Virus record (IMG/VR): IMGVR_UViG_3300009610_000003 | Coordinates: 18,173 to 82,172 of that record | DNA from: a virus | DNA: 64,000 bases | Reading direction: 5' to 3' (one strand) | Shown: positions 63,687 to 64,000 of the stretch, in pieces | Position numbering within the stretch: position 1 is the stretch's first letter | Layout: each line of letters begins with the position of its first letter | Notes under the pieces: model-generated | Seen by the model: only the letters and a program-made list of their open reading frames with translations | Databases searched by the model: none | Told to the model about the DNA's origin: nothing | Position numbers and translations under genes: made by a program

Positions 63687-64000
63687 AGCGGTAAAAGCCC
63701 TCCAGCGTGCCAGCCACTCTCAGCGACTGGTAGCTTTCGATCACCGCCCCCGTGCCCTTCTCGATATGCAGCATCAGCCCGTCGCCGATGACGACACCAA
63801 CATGCGGGCGCAACATCCTGTACATCAGCACGCCGTCGCCCGCACGTGGCTCGGTCACTTTTACCCAGTCGTCCTTGCCGCCGTTCACCAGCCGGGTCGT
63901 CACCTCCCGGTCAAGCGCGGTCGGGTAAGAGGCGCTGTAGGCGGGAAGCTCAATACCCAGCACTTCGGCGTAGACCATGCGGAAAAGCCCCCAGCAGTCG
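63673..64000 (-). CDS. NlpC/P60 tail-tip protein, 5' end off window
   Basis: DCWGL at the window edge, GD..HVGVV..MLH. Confidence 0.85.
   Translation of the reverse strand, partial: DCWGLFRMVYAEVLGIELPAYSASYPTALDREVTTRLVNGGKDDWVKVTEPRAGDGVLMYRMLRPHVGVVIGDGLMLHIEKGTGAVIESYQSLRVAGTLEGFYRYEAV

Noticed and set aside
1-64000. Prophage or lysogeny module, inteins, introns
   Set aside because: No integrase, CI-type repressor or host genes are seen. Polymerase, terminase and helicases have normal lengths with contiguous motifs.

Overview
A 64 kb slice of a high-GC tailed dsDNA phage, probably siphovirus-like. The host is most likely alphaproteobacterial, judged from a GcrA-type domain. No integrase, tRNA or CRISPR array is visible, and the capsid and tail-tube genes must lie outside the window. 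Layout: (1) 1-20.6 kb, minus strand: terS, a reverse-oriented island of small genes, terL, portal, a 2556-aa repeat fibre, three paralogous ~377-aa fibre-like genes, a putative chaperone, and a multi-domain protein (NPKK domain, Nudix, ParB-like) that runs off the left edge. (2) 20.9-29.7 kb, plus strand: many small early genes. (3) 30-52.6 kb, minus strand: replication genes (primase, two SF1 helicases, SSB, family A polymerase, DEDD exonuclease, PD-(D/E)xK nuclease) and a thymidine-hypermodification gene set. (4) 52.9-56.4 kb, plus strand: SNF2 helicase and small mosaic genes. (5) 56.4-64 kb, minus strand: NlpC/P60, tail tip, tail fibre and endolysin. Best candidates for new biology: a 5-hmdU hypermodification operon with an unfamiliar tailoring pair (SPASM-type radical SAM plus CX5R phosphatase); an uncharacterised ~55-aa NPKK domain reused in four unrelated proteins; a duplicated inverted-repeat element at two divergence points; a phage promoter class with AAGGATCG next to the -10 box; and a twice-occurring perfect 22-bp palindrome. 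All family assignments come from reading motifs by eye, with no database search.
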